Source: Eledone cirrhosa
Lineage: Eukaryota
Assembly (NCBI GenBank): GCA_964016885.1
Contig: OZ024742.1
Span: forward strand, 122,822,001 to 122,886,000
Reading direction: 5' to 3'
DNA: 64,000 nucleotides
The position numbers and the translations under genes were made by a program. The notes beneath the pieces are model-generated. The model was not told the DNA's origin. It saw only the letters and a program-made list of their open reading frames with translations, and did no database searches. Shown piece after piece: positions 53,801 through 64,000 of the stretch. How positions within the stretch are numbered: position 1 is the first letter of the stretch; every line of letters begins with the position of its first letter.

Positions 53801-56800
53801 TCATCCAGATCATATCGAGATAGAGTATTTTGTAGGGAATTAGATAGGTCTAGTATATGCTGTCCACAATTCAAGATAGTCAGCTACACGGACCACAAAT
53901 TCTTGATCTGTGTGCTTGACTTAGATAGGCTTCATAGACGAGGACCCGGCTACTAGAAGCTAAACGCGTCCTTACCAGCGCGCAAGACCTACAGAGACCG
54001 GATTAGCGAACTAGTTAAGCGGGCATTGACGGGGGCCAACGTCAACAACAAGTGGTGGTTTGCTATGAAAAGAGCGATTAGAATAGAATCCATTAGGTTT
54101 AATAAGACTTTAGCAATAGAGAAAAATAGAGCAGACGGAGAACTAGGTAGAAAATTAGACGAGGCGCTTAGCAAAGGCATCGCGACCGACGTACTTGAGG
54201 CGAAATTGGCCCTTGACCAATTCTTCAATGCAAAGCACGAAGGCTGCGTTGTCAGAGCTAGGATGTGTGCTCTCGGACACGAGGGGACGAAAGCCGTTCA
54301 ATGGGCCCGAGTGGCGGAGGCGCGTCGTGGCAACAAAGCCACGATCCGGTCTTTGGTGGACCACGACGGGCGCATGCTACTCGATCCTGGGCAAATGTGT
54401 GAAGCTTTTCAGCGACACTTCGCTCAGCTGTTCGGGGGCAGCGGTGGGCCGGGTCGAGGGATGGACTTTAGTGTCTACCTCGACGGACTGCCGCGGCTCT
54501 CGCCACTGAGGCGGAGTGTTGCGAAAAGCCGATAACAGCCGCTGAAGTACGGGAGGCAATGACTGGCTGCACAAGGGGTAAATCGCCTGGTTTGGATGGT
54601 CTGCCCTATGAACTTTACGTACAGATGCAAGACTTGTTCGGAGGCCTCTTGGCGGACGTCTACTGCAACTGGAAACAGAACGGGAGAATTCCCAGCTCTG
54701 TGAGCCGAGGAGCGGTGGCACTGCTGAGAAAGGATCCGAACAAGGGGGATAACATAGATAATTTCAGGCCCATAACTCTGTTAAACACAGAGTTCAAGAT
54801 TTTGGCCAAGGTGCTAGCAAAGAGGTTGGCGTTTATCGTTGGTTGTCTGGTGGGAGAGGCGCAGACATGTGCCATTCCCGACAGACCATCCACGACAACC
54901 TCCACCTCGTGCGATACATCGTAGAGAGAGTAGCTATGTAACCTGGCACGGGTGGGTCCTTGATCAATTTAGATCAGTCGAAAGCTTTCGATAGGTTCGA
55001 CCATCGTTACCTAGCAGCAGTCCTGAGGGCGGCTGGCTTTGGGCCCGTCTTCTGAGGGTGGATCGTTGCCATGCACAGCGAGATCTGCTCTGTAGTGAGA
55101 GTGAACGGTCCCCTTTCGGAACCGTTCAACATCATGCGCACGGTCCGCCAAGGATGTCCCCTCTCGTCCTTCTTGTAGGTATTGATTCTCGAGCTATTAC
55201 TGCACAAACTGGGACGTTGAGGGGCGTCCCGCGCTAACTACGATGCGGAAGATCCGTGTGAGCATATGCGGACGATGTCACCGTAGTGGTGTCGAACGCC
55301 AAACAGATCGAGGCGATCGGCACTACACTAAGAGAATACGAAGCGGTGACAGGAGCAATGATCAACCAGGAAAAGTCAGTGGGCCTGCAGCTCGGCACCT
55401 GGAGAGGCAGGTCCATGCCGTCCAACAGCGTCGTCGGACGCGGGACGGACGGACCGGTTAAATTACTAGGTGTCTGCTTCGGTCCGGACCTCCAGACGGA
55501 CAAAATGGGACGAGGTGACGAGCAGGGTGCCTTCTCTCACCCAGAAATGGGCGGAGAGGAAGTTATTCCTGAAAGGTCGAGCGGAGGTGGCTAACGCGTA
55601 CATCGCGTCTGTCATCTGCTACCGCCTGACCGTCGTACCTTGTCCTAAGCACCGCCTGACTGCGCTGGAGCGTGTGCTTTTCGCTTTTCGTGGAAGGGAC
55701 GCGCTCCGATGGTCAGGCGCTCCATCTGCTGTCAACACCCGCTACGTGGAGGGCTGGGCATGCCGTGGCTGATGATGTGCAGACACGCGCTCAGGCTCCG
55801 ACATCTCCACCTCTTCTTCGCCGGTGATCAGGTGTGGTCGCCGTTTGCTAGACACGTATTTCCCCAGCTCGTTTCCTTGCCGGAGCTGCAGTCCTGAGTC
55901 AAGCGAAGCCGAGAGAGAGCGCCTGCAGACTGGAATGTCTTCAGGCGCTCACAGCCCTCGACCAACCGGGCAATGTGATCGGTGGAAACTCCACCTCGGC
56001 GTTCTATAGCGGATTAGTGGAGGGGAAGAGCGATGACGTACTTGGGGAAAATCTAGGCGTCGACGAAAATCAACTAGCCAATCTCTTCTGAAGAACTTTC
56101 GGGCCGGGACCTATGGACAACTTCCAGAAATCTCTGGCCTGGCAGTGCTACCGAGGAGCCTTGCCAGTTCGGGATAAACTCTACAGGCATGGAGGTGCCG
56201 TCAGCCGGGCATGTCCGAGATGCGCGCAGGGCGACGAAACCGTCCTGCACGCACTCGTCCAGTGTCCGAAAATTGCTGACTTGTGGGTTTATGTCGAACA
56301 CCTGCTGTCGCGTGTAGGATGGATCCGGCTATCATCTGAGTCCATCGTGAGGATTTCCCCGCCCTCTTCCTTTAACCGGGAAGGGCAGGCAGTTTTTATC
56401 TGTCTGGTGGCCATGGCGAAAGAGATAGTATGGTGGACACGTTTGAAAGGGCTGAAGACGAGCACTTACCTCTTCGGTGATGCTCTGATTGACTTTTTCA
56501 AATTTCATTTGAAAAGGAAAATCAGAGTAGAGAGGGAGGTGCTCTCTTCCCAGCATTTTGTTGAAAGATGGGTGAGAGAATCAAGAATGGCCCGAGTGAA
56601 TGGGCCTAGTCTGAGTATGTGTCTGTAAATTAAAAGTGGAAAACTGGGAGAGGGCACTTGCCTTGGTGGTCAGGGTCACTGTGGCCTTTTACTGGGCTTT
56701 CTCCACAAATGTCCCTCCGAAGTCTCCCCCCTATTGGGGAATTTTCATTGTTATTTTTTTGTTACATCCTCTGTTTTTGTTTTTTACACGCAGAAATTCC

Positions 56801-56876
56801 CATTTGTACCGTCCTGTATTGTCCTGCACTGTCCTTGATGTCTACTTTATGTAAACCCTTGTGGTTAATAATGAAA

Positions 56877-56907
<31 letters not shown>
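50877..56907 (+). mobile_element. Tx1/L1-like LINE copy C, near full length, inactivated
   Basis: ORF1 with CFRCGSNTHLRAFC knuckle (~52199-52240) ending at 53180. ORF2 53216-56628 in fragments. (ATT)n tail. Confidence 0.93.
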
Positions 56908-56910
<3 letters not shown>

Positions 56911-57265
56911 AAGATAGGAGGCAATAATCGGTTGACAGTGGCATTGGACCCGTGCAAAGCCTTTACTCACTTCAAAATGCTTCAAGCACAGACATCGCTT
57001 GATATGCGATATGTTTGCGATGCATGGAATTGTTGGCCATAGGCAAGTCCCTAACAGGACTAAAAGGCATCCTTCGTGATGCCCATGCCCCAGTATCACG
57101 CCATGGCGTAACTGAAAATTGAATTGCAGCCATCATGTATGCAAGTATGTGTGCATGTATATATATATATATATATAGTAATAATAAATTTGAAGACTAA
57201 AATCCAAAGAGGGCTCGATAAGGATAAATATATATCAAATATATAAGAACCGTAGAGCAAATATT

Positions 57266-57495
57266 TATTAAAATAACAGATTAAAGTTTAAGCAAAGAAT
57301 CGCTGATTCGTTTTTTCCCGTTCTTTGCCAGGGAACGTTTCCACGAACCAAAGTATCGTCTTCCTGTCTTCCTCCGGTTGCAACGTTTTTTGAAATATTC
57401 ACTTCTGCGTTCACAGATTGACTTTGTTAATTTCAAAAGATCCCGTTAAGGGTGAAAGCAGCGATTCTTTGCTTAAACTTTAATCTGTTATTTTA

Positions 57496-57498
<3 letters not shown>
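57266..57498. repeat. MITE-like element / 40-bp perfect inverted repeat
   Basis: 57266-57305 is the reverse complement of 57459-57498. The element abuts (TA)n. Confidence 0.8.
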
Positions 57499-57528
<30 letters not shown>

Positions 57529-58032
57529 ATAGAAACAAACACACACACACAAACACACACAAACACACACACACACACACAAGCGCGCGCGCGCACATAT
57601 ATATATATCTATATATTTAAATATTGATTAATACATAGATTTATTAATCATATTTTTTGACAAAATTATAGTTTAACCAAAGGGCTAGAGTTGCACCTAA
57701 CATTACATTTTAGTAGAGCTGCATCTTTTTAGACCAAACACACTGCTATTTCTTTCTAGCATTCCCGCTGGCCTGCCTGTATCCTCATTTAATTATGTTC
57801 CTCACCGTGTGCTTTTAGATCCTCTTTTCAATCTTGTGACTGGCCCTCTATGATGCGTTTAGTATGATGAAACTTCTACTGAATAATGGGTGTTTACCTC
57901 GTTTCCTTCTATTTAACACTTCTCTTTCACTCATTGAAACATATGTATACAATATTGAAATCTTGGAATTTTACCATCAAGTAAGTTCTTTGATTTGCTA
58001 TCCGATATTTCTGAGGCAGCGCATCTATGTGC

Positions 58033-58072
<40 letters not shown>

Positions 58073-58215
58073 CCGAAAATTAATATGGTTCATTGATTAC
58101 TCAATGAATATAGTTTTACAATAGATTAAAAGCACTCTACAAAGATGTTTTCGGGAGTTATTAATATTATTCAGAATAATAATATATGAAGACATTCATA
58201 TAATCAAAATATATG

Positions 58216-58277
58216 TTTTATTATATATATCTCGAAGGTACTGTGCTGTATTTTCAGTACCTCCTCATCAGATAAAA
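58216..58277 (-). ncRNA. type I hammerhead motif (GAAA mutated to GAGA)
   Basis: TTTTAT-CTGATGA-GGAGGTACTG-loop-CAGTACCTTC-GAGA-TATATA-TA-ATAAAA. Confidence 0.75.
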
Positions 58278-58406
58278 TACATGAATTGATGTATGCCATA
58301 CCTCAACGGTCTTGATGGCTCAATTCCAATACTTGAATTCCAGGACTTATAATATTGGAATTGAACCATCAAGACCGTTGAGATATGTCATACGTCAATT
58401 CATGTA

Positions 58407-58468
58407 TTTTATCGGACGAGGACGTACTGAAAAAACAGCACAGTACCTTCGAAATATATATAATAAAA
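58407..58468 (+). ncRNA. type I hammerhead motif (core mutated to CGGACGA)
   Basis: TTTTAT-CGGACGA-GGACGTACTG-loop-CAGTACCTTC-GAAA-TATATA-TA-ATAAAA. Confidence 0.75.
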
Positions 58469-59577
58469 CATATTTTGATTATGTGAATGTCTTCATTTAT
58501 TAATATTCTGAATAATCTATATATATAAAGGGAAGATGGACATTGTTTAGTGTACCGAACTTGCATAATACACCGTTCATCCAATTTTCATGAAACCTCA
58601 CACATATATAAAACTCAACGCGTAGAGTGGAATAGGCTACTTGAAATTTTCGAAAAATCGATAATCGGGCCCTATGACAGAATGTTTTTCAATTCCAATG
58701 AAATTTTATGTGAATTCGAACTCAAGAACTCTTAGTTTACATTTGGCGCAATAAAAATAAATTTCATATGCCCATATAAGGACGTGCGTTATTGATTGGA
58801 CGGCCAGCTGCATGTCTTCTCAGCTGTCTCAGTAAACTACCGACCATTAAAGATTTTATCTTTTCATATTCCACCTTATTCAAGTGGAAATACAGTATTA
58901 TCCCTATCTGAAAAGGGAACCAAATTTAATGGTGTCTTTTGTGAACCTAAAAGCTTCGAGTAAATTTTCAAACAGTCTTAAATAATCATGCTTTTTGAAA
59001 AAAAAATTACTAAATAATACGTTGACCAAGTTGTGTTGTACACATACAATACAAGTAAAAAAATTTACGTCGTACCAATGTTTTCCTTTTTTAAACAAAT
59101 GATTCTAAAAAAATACTTAATTTATAATACAGTCTTTTGCACATGAAGTGAGTAACTTTTCGGGTGTTTAAACGTAATTTCACCAGGGTTTGTGTCTTCA
59201 TTATTAGCGCACCTCTAATGGCATGTTTTGTTCTGCTTACGACTAAATGTTATGAGCGTATTTGCCATTAATTGCGCACACGTGCACACCTGCATGCAGA
59301 TAGACACTGACAGCCAATAAAAAATCGATAACTTGCTTGTTAAGATATCCGTCAAAAAGAGAGATGGAAGAACATTTTTTTGAATATATTGTTCTTTTTG
59401 GCATATGTCAGAAATATAGCTACTATACACTTTGGTTAATTTTTGTAACTATAAAAACGGTTCCTTTTGGGTGGATACTTAACGAGAAAAATCCTAGGGT
59501 TTTGGACAAATTTGTTTCAGGCGCTGTATAGACGCCTATTTTGTCACACCTTGGTCATGAATTCGTATTCTTTTCCA

Positions 59578-59836
59578 ATAGATATTTTCCGCTCTATAAG
59601 GCTCACCAGGATATAAGGCATATCATTTAAAATCAGGTCCGCGCAACGGCGTGTAAGGCCAACCAGAAAATGCTATCTTCTTTACTTTTAGTCTAGATCT
59701 ATTACTTCTGTTAGAGCCGTGATTGATTACCATTGTATTATTTATACATAAGGCTCACCGGAGTATAAAGCGCAGAGCTGTTTTTTGATTAAATTTAATT
59801 ATTTTAAGTGCAATTTATAGACGGGAAAATTCGGTA
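59578..59836. mobile_element. pogo/Tc2-like MITE relic
   Basis: Degenerate TIRs TATTTTCCGCTCTATAAGGC...TTTATAGACGGGAAAATTCGGTA and internal repeats TAAGGCTCACC-G-TATAA. Confidence 0.55.
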
Positions 59837-60994
59837 AGTTATTGTAATCATTTTTCCAAACCTTCCCATTCACCAGTAACCATGCTAACGAATCTGGTGT
59901 CATCTCTCTCTGTATTTAATCACCTCTCTCTAACCTAACAGCTTCGTTACACGTCGTTATGCCCACACGGAAACGTTCAAGACTTAACTCCAAAAAAAGG
60001 TACAGCTATTGCTTTGAGACAACGAATTAGGCGTTCTCAGGTATGAATTCATTCACAATTGATTAATCCTTTATGCAATATTCTCCCTTAATGTTAGCAA
60101 GTACTGCGTTTATCCTAACTGTCACCACTTTTAAGCAACTACAACATTCTAATCGTAGTTATATTAAATGTATTGTCTTACCTTGATTCCCTTTTGTTCA
60201 TGTTAGACTTTTCTCATTTACTATTGACACTGCCATTGGCTTAGCTAACCAGTAGAATTAATTAATTTTCTCTAGGAAATACCTGCTGAGCGCGAATCTC
60301 GACTCGTTGATAGACGTCTTTCCCGGCTGTTTGAGTCACCAACATCATGTACGACAAGGCTTGCTGATGTTCGCCTTCGTCGCCAACAAGCGCTGACGGA
60401 AGAATCACCAACATCCCGTCAGACGAGGCTTGAGGCTGTGGCAAAGGGCAATAACCCTCGATGCAATTTTGATCAACTTTTTTTCACCTATAGCAAATTT
60501 ACCGGGACATGTTTTTCGCTACTCAAATCTACTTCAGAGATGACGCATTGATGTAAAAAATCAATAAAACTGAAGCGGGGCTCGACTTTGCGCAAAAAAA
60601 CAAGGCAAAGTTACACATGGGAAAACCTTTTACAGGAACGTCCTATACTCTTGAAAACTGTCACAAAAGACTCGCCATTATGCCGCGGTTAAGATAAATT
60701 CTTCTTCCGCACATGTTAAGATAAATTCTTCTTCTGCACATGTGAGCGCAAAAATTGTAAAAAGAAAAAAAAACTGAAAGTAATCGACATTTTCACCCTG
60801 CTTTAAATTAACTGAACATTCAATATCAAGCGATTTTGACTTCCGTCAGTCGTGCAGAGAACAATTTCAACGATACACTGTGTAACTACAATTAATAAAT
60901 TACACACCTGTGTCTATTTTTTTTTTCATTGAAGTTCGAAGTTTTGAACCTGTGATGCGCGGGAAGTAACTTTCACACATTCTAACAAACCAAA

Positions 60995-61032
60995 GGTCGA
61001 CTAACACCCGGGCAACGCCGGGTACTTCTGCT

Positions 61033-61035
<3 letters not shown>
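60995..61035 (+). mobile_element. Helitron-type 3' terminus
   Basis: GC hairpin CCCGG-GCAACG-CCGGG (61007-61022) followed 8 nt later by CTGG|T (CTRR). The 5' end is not defined. Confidence 0.6.
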
Positions 61036-61082
<47 letters not shown>

Positions 61083-61087
<5 letters not shown>

Positions 61088-61237
61088 GGAAAAATGAAAC
61101 AACATTTCATTTCTCACTCTTAGTACGGCTGCTACTTAAATATAAGTATGTATACGTACATACATATATGTATACAGACGTACAGTAGTATGTATATATA
61201 TATACATACATGCACACATATATATATGTACGTATGG

Positions 61238-61240
<3 letters not shown>
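61083..61240 (-). repeat. fragment of the ~423-bp retrozyme-like unit
   Basis: Matches ~21049-21210 and sits inside (TA)n on both sides. Confidence 0.85.
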
Positions 61241-61289
<49 letters not shown>

Positions 61290-61292
<3 letters not shown>

Positions 61293-61912
61293 GTATAGGA
61301 TCATCCTAGATGCAGTAATGGTTAATTACTACACTGGATATGGTTGAGGTACGGTGAGAGGTTACTCAACGAGTTATGGAAGAATTGTTGAAGAAACTTA
61401 GTTCCTGATCCTTCTGTATTCCGGAGTGTAGATCAAGAATGAATAATAACAGGTAGACATCATAAAAAGGTAATTTATTCCGTGTGCTTACAAATGTTTC
61501 CCCTGTATCATCAGAGCAGAATAGTTAAAATGTACAATGTAAATACCCTTAAGTGAGGTTATTGGAGAAGATAGAGTAGAAAAGGAAGAGAGAAAAGTAG
61601 GGGAGAGGAAGAGAGAGAAAGATATGCAGGGGTTGGAGAAATAATAGAGAGTGGTTTGTAGATATCTTAATCAAAATGTTATGGTAGGGTTTTTATTATA
61701 CTGGTTACTCTTAAAGCGACCACCTTAAGTGATGCGTTGATAGTCAAGGATGGAATTATTTATTTCCCCAGAGGGCAGGTTCATAGATGTGGAGAGCGAG
61801 GGAGGTAGGCCTAGGGCGAGAGAGAGAGAGAGTGGAATTGATATAGAGGGAGAGATAGAGAGGGGACAGACGAAAGCTATGGGTTGGGTGAACTTTGGGT
61901 TCGTAGTAGAAA

Positions 61913-61915
<3 letters not shown>
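61290..61915 (-). mobile_element. 5'-truncated PLE end with decayed HHR at 61485-61518
   Basis: Minus strand [10 protein letters not shown] resembles a PLE C-terminus. Downstream TGCT-CTGATGA-TACAGGG-GAAA-CATTTG-TA-AGCA has a damaged stem II. (TA)n flanks both sides. Confidence 0.55.
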
Positions 61916-61990
<75 letters not shown>

Positions 61991-62182
61991 GGTGTGTGTG
62001 TGTGTGGAAAGAATCAATCTTATAACAACTCTCATATCTTCTCATCAAATTGCGCATATACCATTTTTGTAAAAACACTCAAAATAGGGATACATTTGTT
62101 CAGACAATTTCTTACCCTTCAATCATTGTGCGCGCGCGCAGACTCACATACACACACACATGAAAACATGCACACACACACA

Positions 62183-62254
<72 letters not shown>

Positions 62255-63528
62255 AATGGATTATAACCTTACGTCACTGTTGGTTCACCAACTTGAGCAC
62301 TGAATGTTCATGTATAGTGCGTGGTTTTATACGTTTGGTATTATAAGCAGAATGTAATGTTAATAATATGTAGGTACAAGTCTATTGATTCAAGAATTGA
62401 GCCCCATCGATACAGAGCGAAATTTGAGCTGATCAATCGTGAAACGCGTGCCATGCCTGAATAAATCTAATGATGATAATCTGACACCTCGTTCCAACTT
62501 ATTATATAAATGTACATATAGACACAGAGAATGCGAGTCGTTCTATGTCTAGCTTAGTCAGAAATAGAAAAACGTCTATCACATTTTTCCTGGACGTCTC
62601 AGAGTTAATGTTCTATTTTTGAAGTAATAAGAAAAAGCACATCACACTATATCGATTTCTCCGTGGAGAAGAGATCATATCCAAACGTTTATAAATTAGT
62701 GAACTATACTAAACGTACTGAACGTCTAGCTGACATTGTTAAGCATAGCGACAAATTAAGACTACCGAAGAATATACTTGTTTAAATCGCCAACGATAAG
62801 CCATATTTTAAAATATAGTAAACATGCAAAAATAATGTAATAGTTTATATAATAAATGATGAGCTCATGCGTGGAGTAAAGACCATTGGAATCAAAGACC
62901 TTACCGTTCAGGTAGCGGCTAGATGCTTTAGAACATTCCGACAAGGAATCGTGGGAACTGTTATCGTCCTAAATTAGCTAGATGAATCAGATTTCAGGTT
63001 ACAACAAATATCGTAGTTATAAGCATAGTTATATAGGGTACAGATAAGTGTGATTAATGAATTTCGATATTTCATATGCATGGTAGATAAAAAAAAAGAA
63101 TTAATACACAATTAAGCATGGTGCAATATCGCAGTAATTTGTAGGTACTTGGGAAGAAGACAGATCTGCTATATAATTGCATACTTAATTGAATGCATAA
63201 CAAAGGCATAATATTATATTGCATCCTCATACATATCCAAATATATATCATTGAGCCACACTGTGAATGGTTGCCAAAATCATATATATATATTTCTATG
63301 GCCTTGTCTATTTTATACGTATTTACCCTTTAAATTTTATATACTCCCGTAACGTTGAGTAAAACTTTAGGCAGTATTCGGCTGCGCCTTCTAGCAACCA
63401 GCCTACTCGCCGACAAGCACCAATCATAACCTTTCTGCCTTGACCATTAGACACATGACGAATCTTAGCCATTTTCAATTCATTTCTAGCGGGGATCATG
63501 TAAGAAAAATCTTTGTCCAATTGAGTTT

Positions 63529-63611
63529 ATCTCCTGATGATTTCCAACCTCGTTGATTTGTCCAAGATCGGATATATCCATAAACGGAATGAAACTGCCG
63601 GTAGTAGAGAT
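63529..63611 (+). ncRNA. type I hammerhead ribozyme with enlarged stem II
   Basis: ATCTC-CTGATGA-T-TTCC-(40 nt)-GGAA-T-GAAA-CTGC-CG-GTAG-TA-GAGAT. Stems I, II and III pair. Confidence 0.85.
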
Positions 63612-63902
63612 GTATTGATGAGTTTCGTATGTTTATGTGCATTTTTTCTTCTAACTTTGATTTTACAACTAATTATGTATGGTTAACTATATGTCTAGTC
63701 AATTTCTACAGGCTATCAGAAATAATGGGTAAATTTTCTATAGCTGTGAATCGCGGATAAAGAGCTATATCATTTATCTACTATTACTTCATGGGTATAT
63801 TTTAAACCTATAGCCGCGTTTAAATGATTTTTTGTGTGGTTAATTTATGCTGATTGGGAGAAGAAATAATGTATATATTTTATCTAATGATTCTATGGAC
63901 TT

Positions 63903-63954
<52 letters not shown>

Positions 63955-63957
63955 TAT

Positions 63958-63991
<34 letters not shown>

Positions 63992-64000
63992 GGGTGTGTA

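Larger units (their letters stand above)
58166..58516. repeat. fold-back inverted repeat (~165-bp arms) carrying one HHR per arm
   Basis: The arms are reverse complements with scattered mismatches. Loop ~58331-58352. Confidence 0.92.

Noticed and set aside
46998-56935. GGTTGAC near Tx1 boundaries (46998, 50887, 56929) as a target motif
   Set aside because: Too short, inconsistent spacing and absent at copy A.

Overview
AT-rich, repeat-saturated eukaryotic DNA. The (TA)n/(CA)n/(GA)n density and the SINE repertoire suggest a cephalopod such as Octopus (inference). I can support no host protein-coding gene. The window is a retroelement graveyard. It holds about eight Penelope-like elements (PLEs): one open RT+GIY-YIG ORF, two large Naiad-like copies and several remnants. 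It also holds two R4/Dong-like LINEs, three Tx1/L1-like LINEs, tRNA-derived SINEs and DNA-transposon relics. The main signal is a hammerhead-ribozyme (HHR) system. A near-perfect 310-bp tandem array at 477-4487 carries one minimal type I HHR per unit and flips orientation at 2187. It looks like a non-LTR retrozyme copied from a circular RNA by two rolling-circle reverse-transcription events primed from both sides of a (TA)n target. A second ~423-bp retrozyme-like unit, a fold-back pair of HHRs and at least six further PLE-linked or orphan HHRs are spread across the window. All folds were paired by eye, and no activity is shown.
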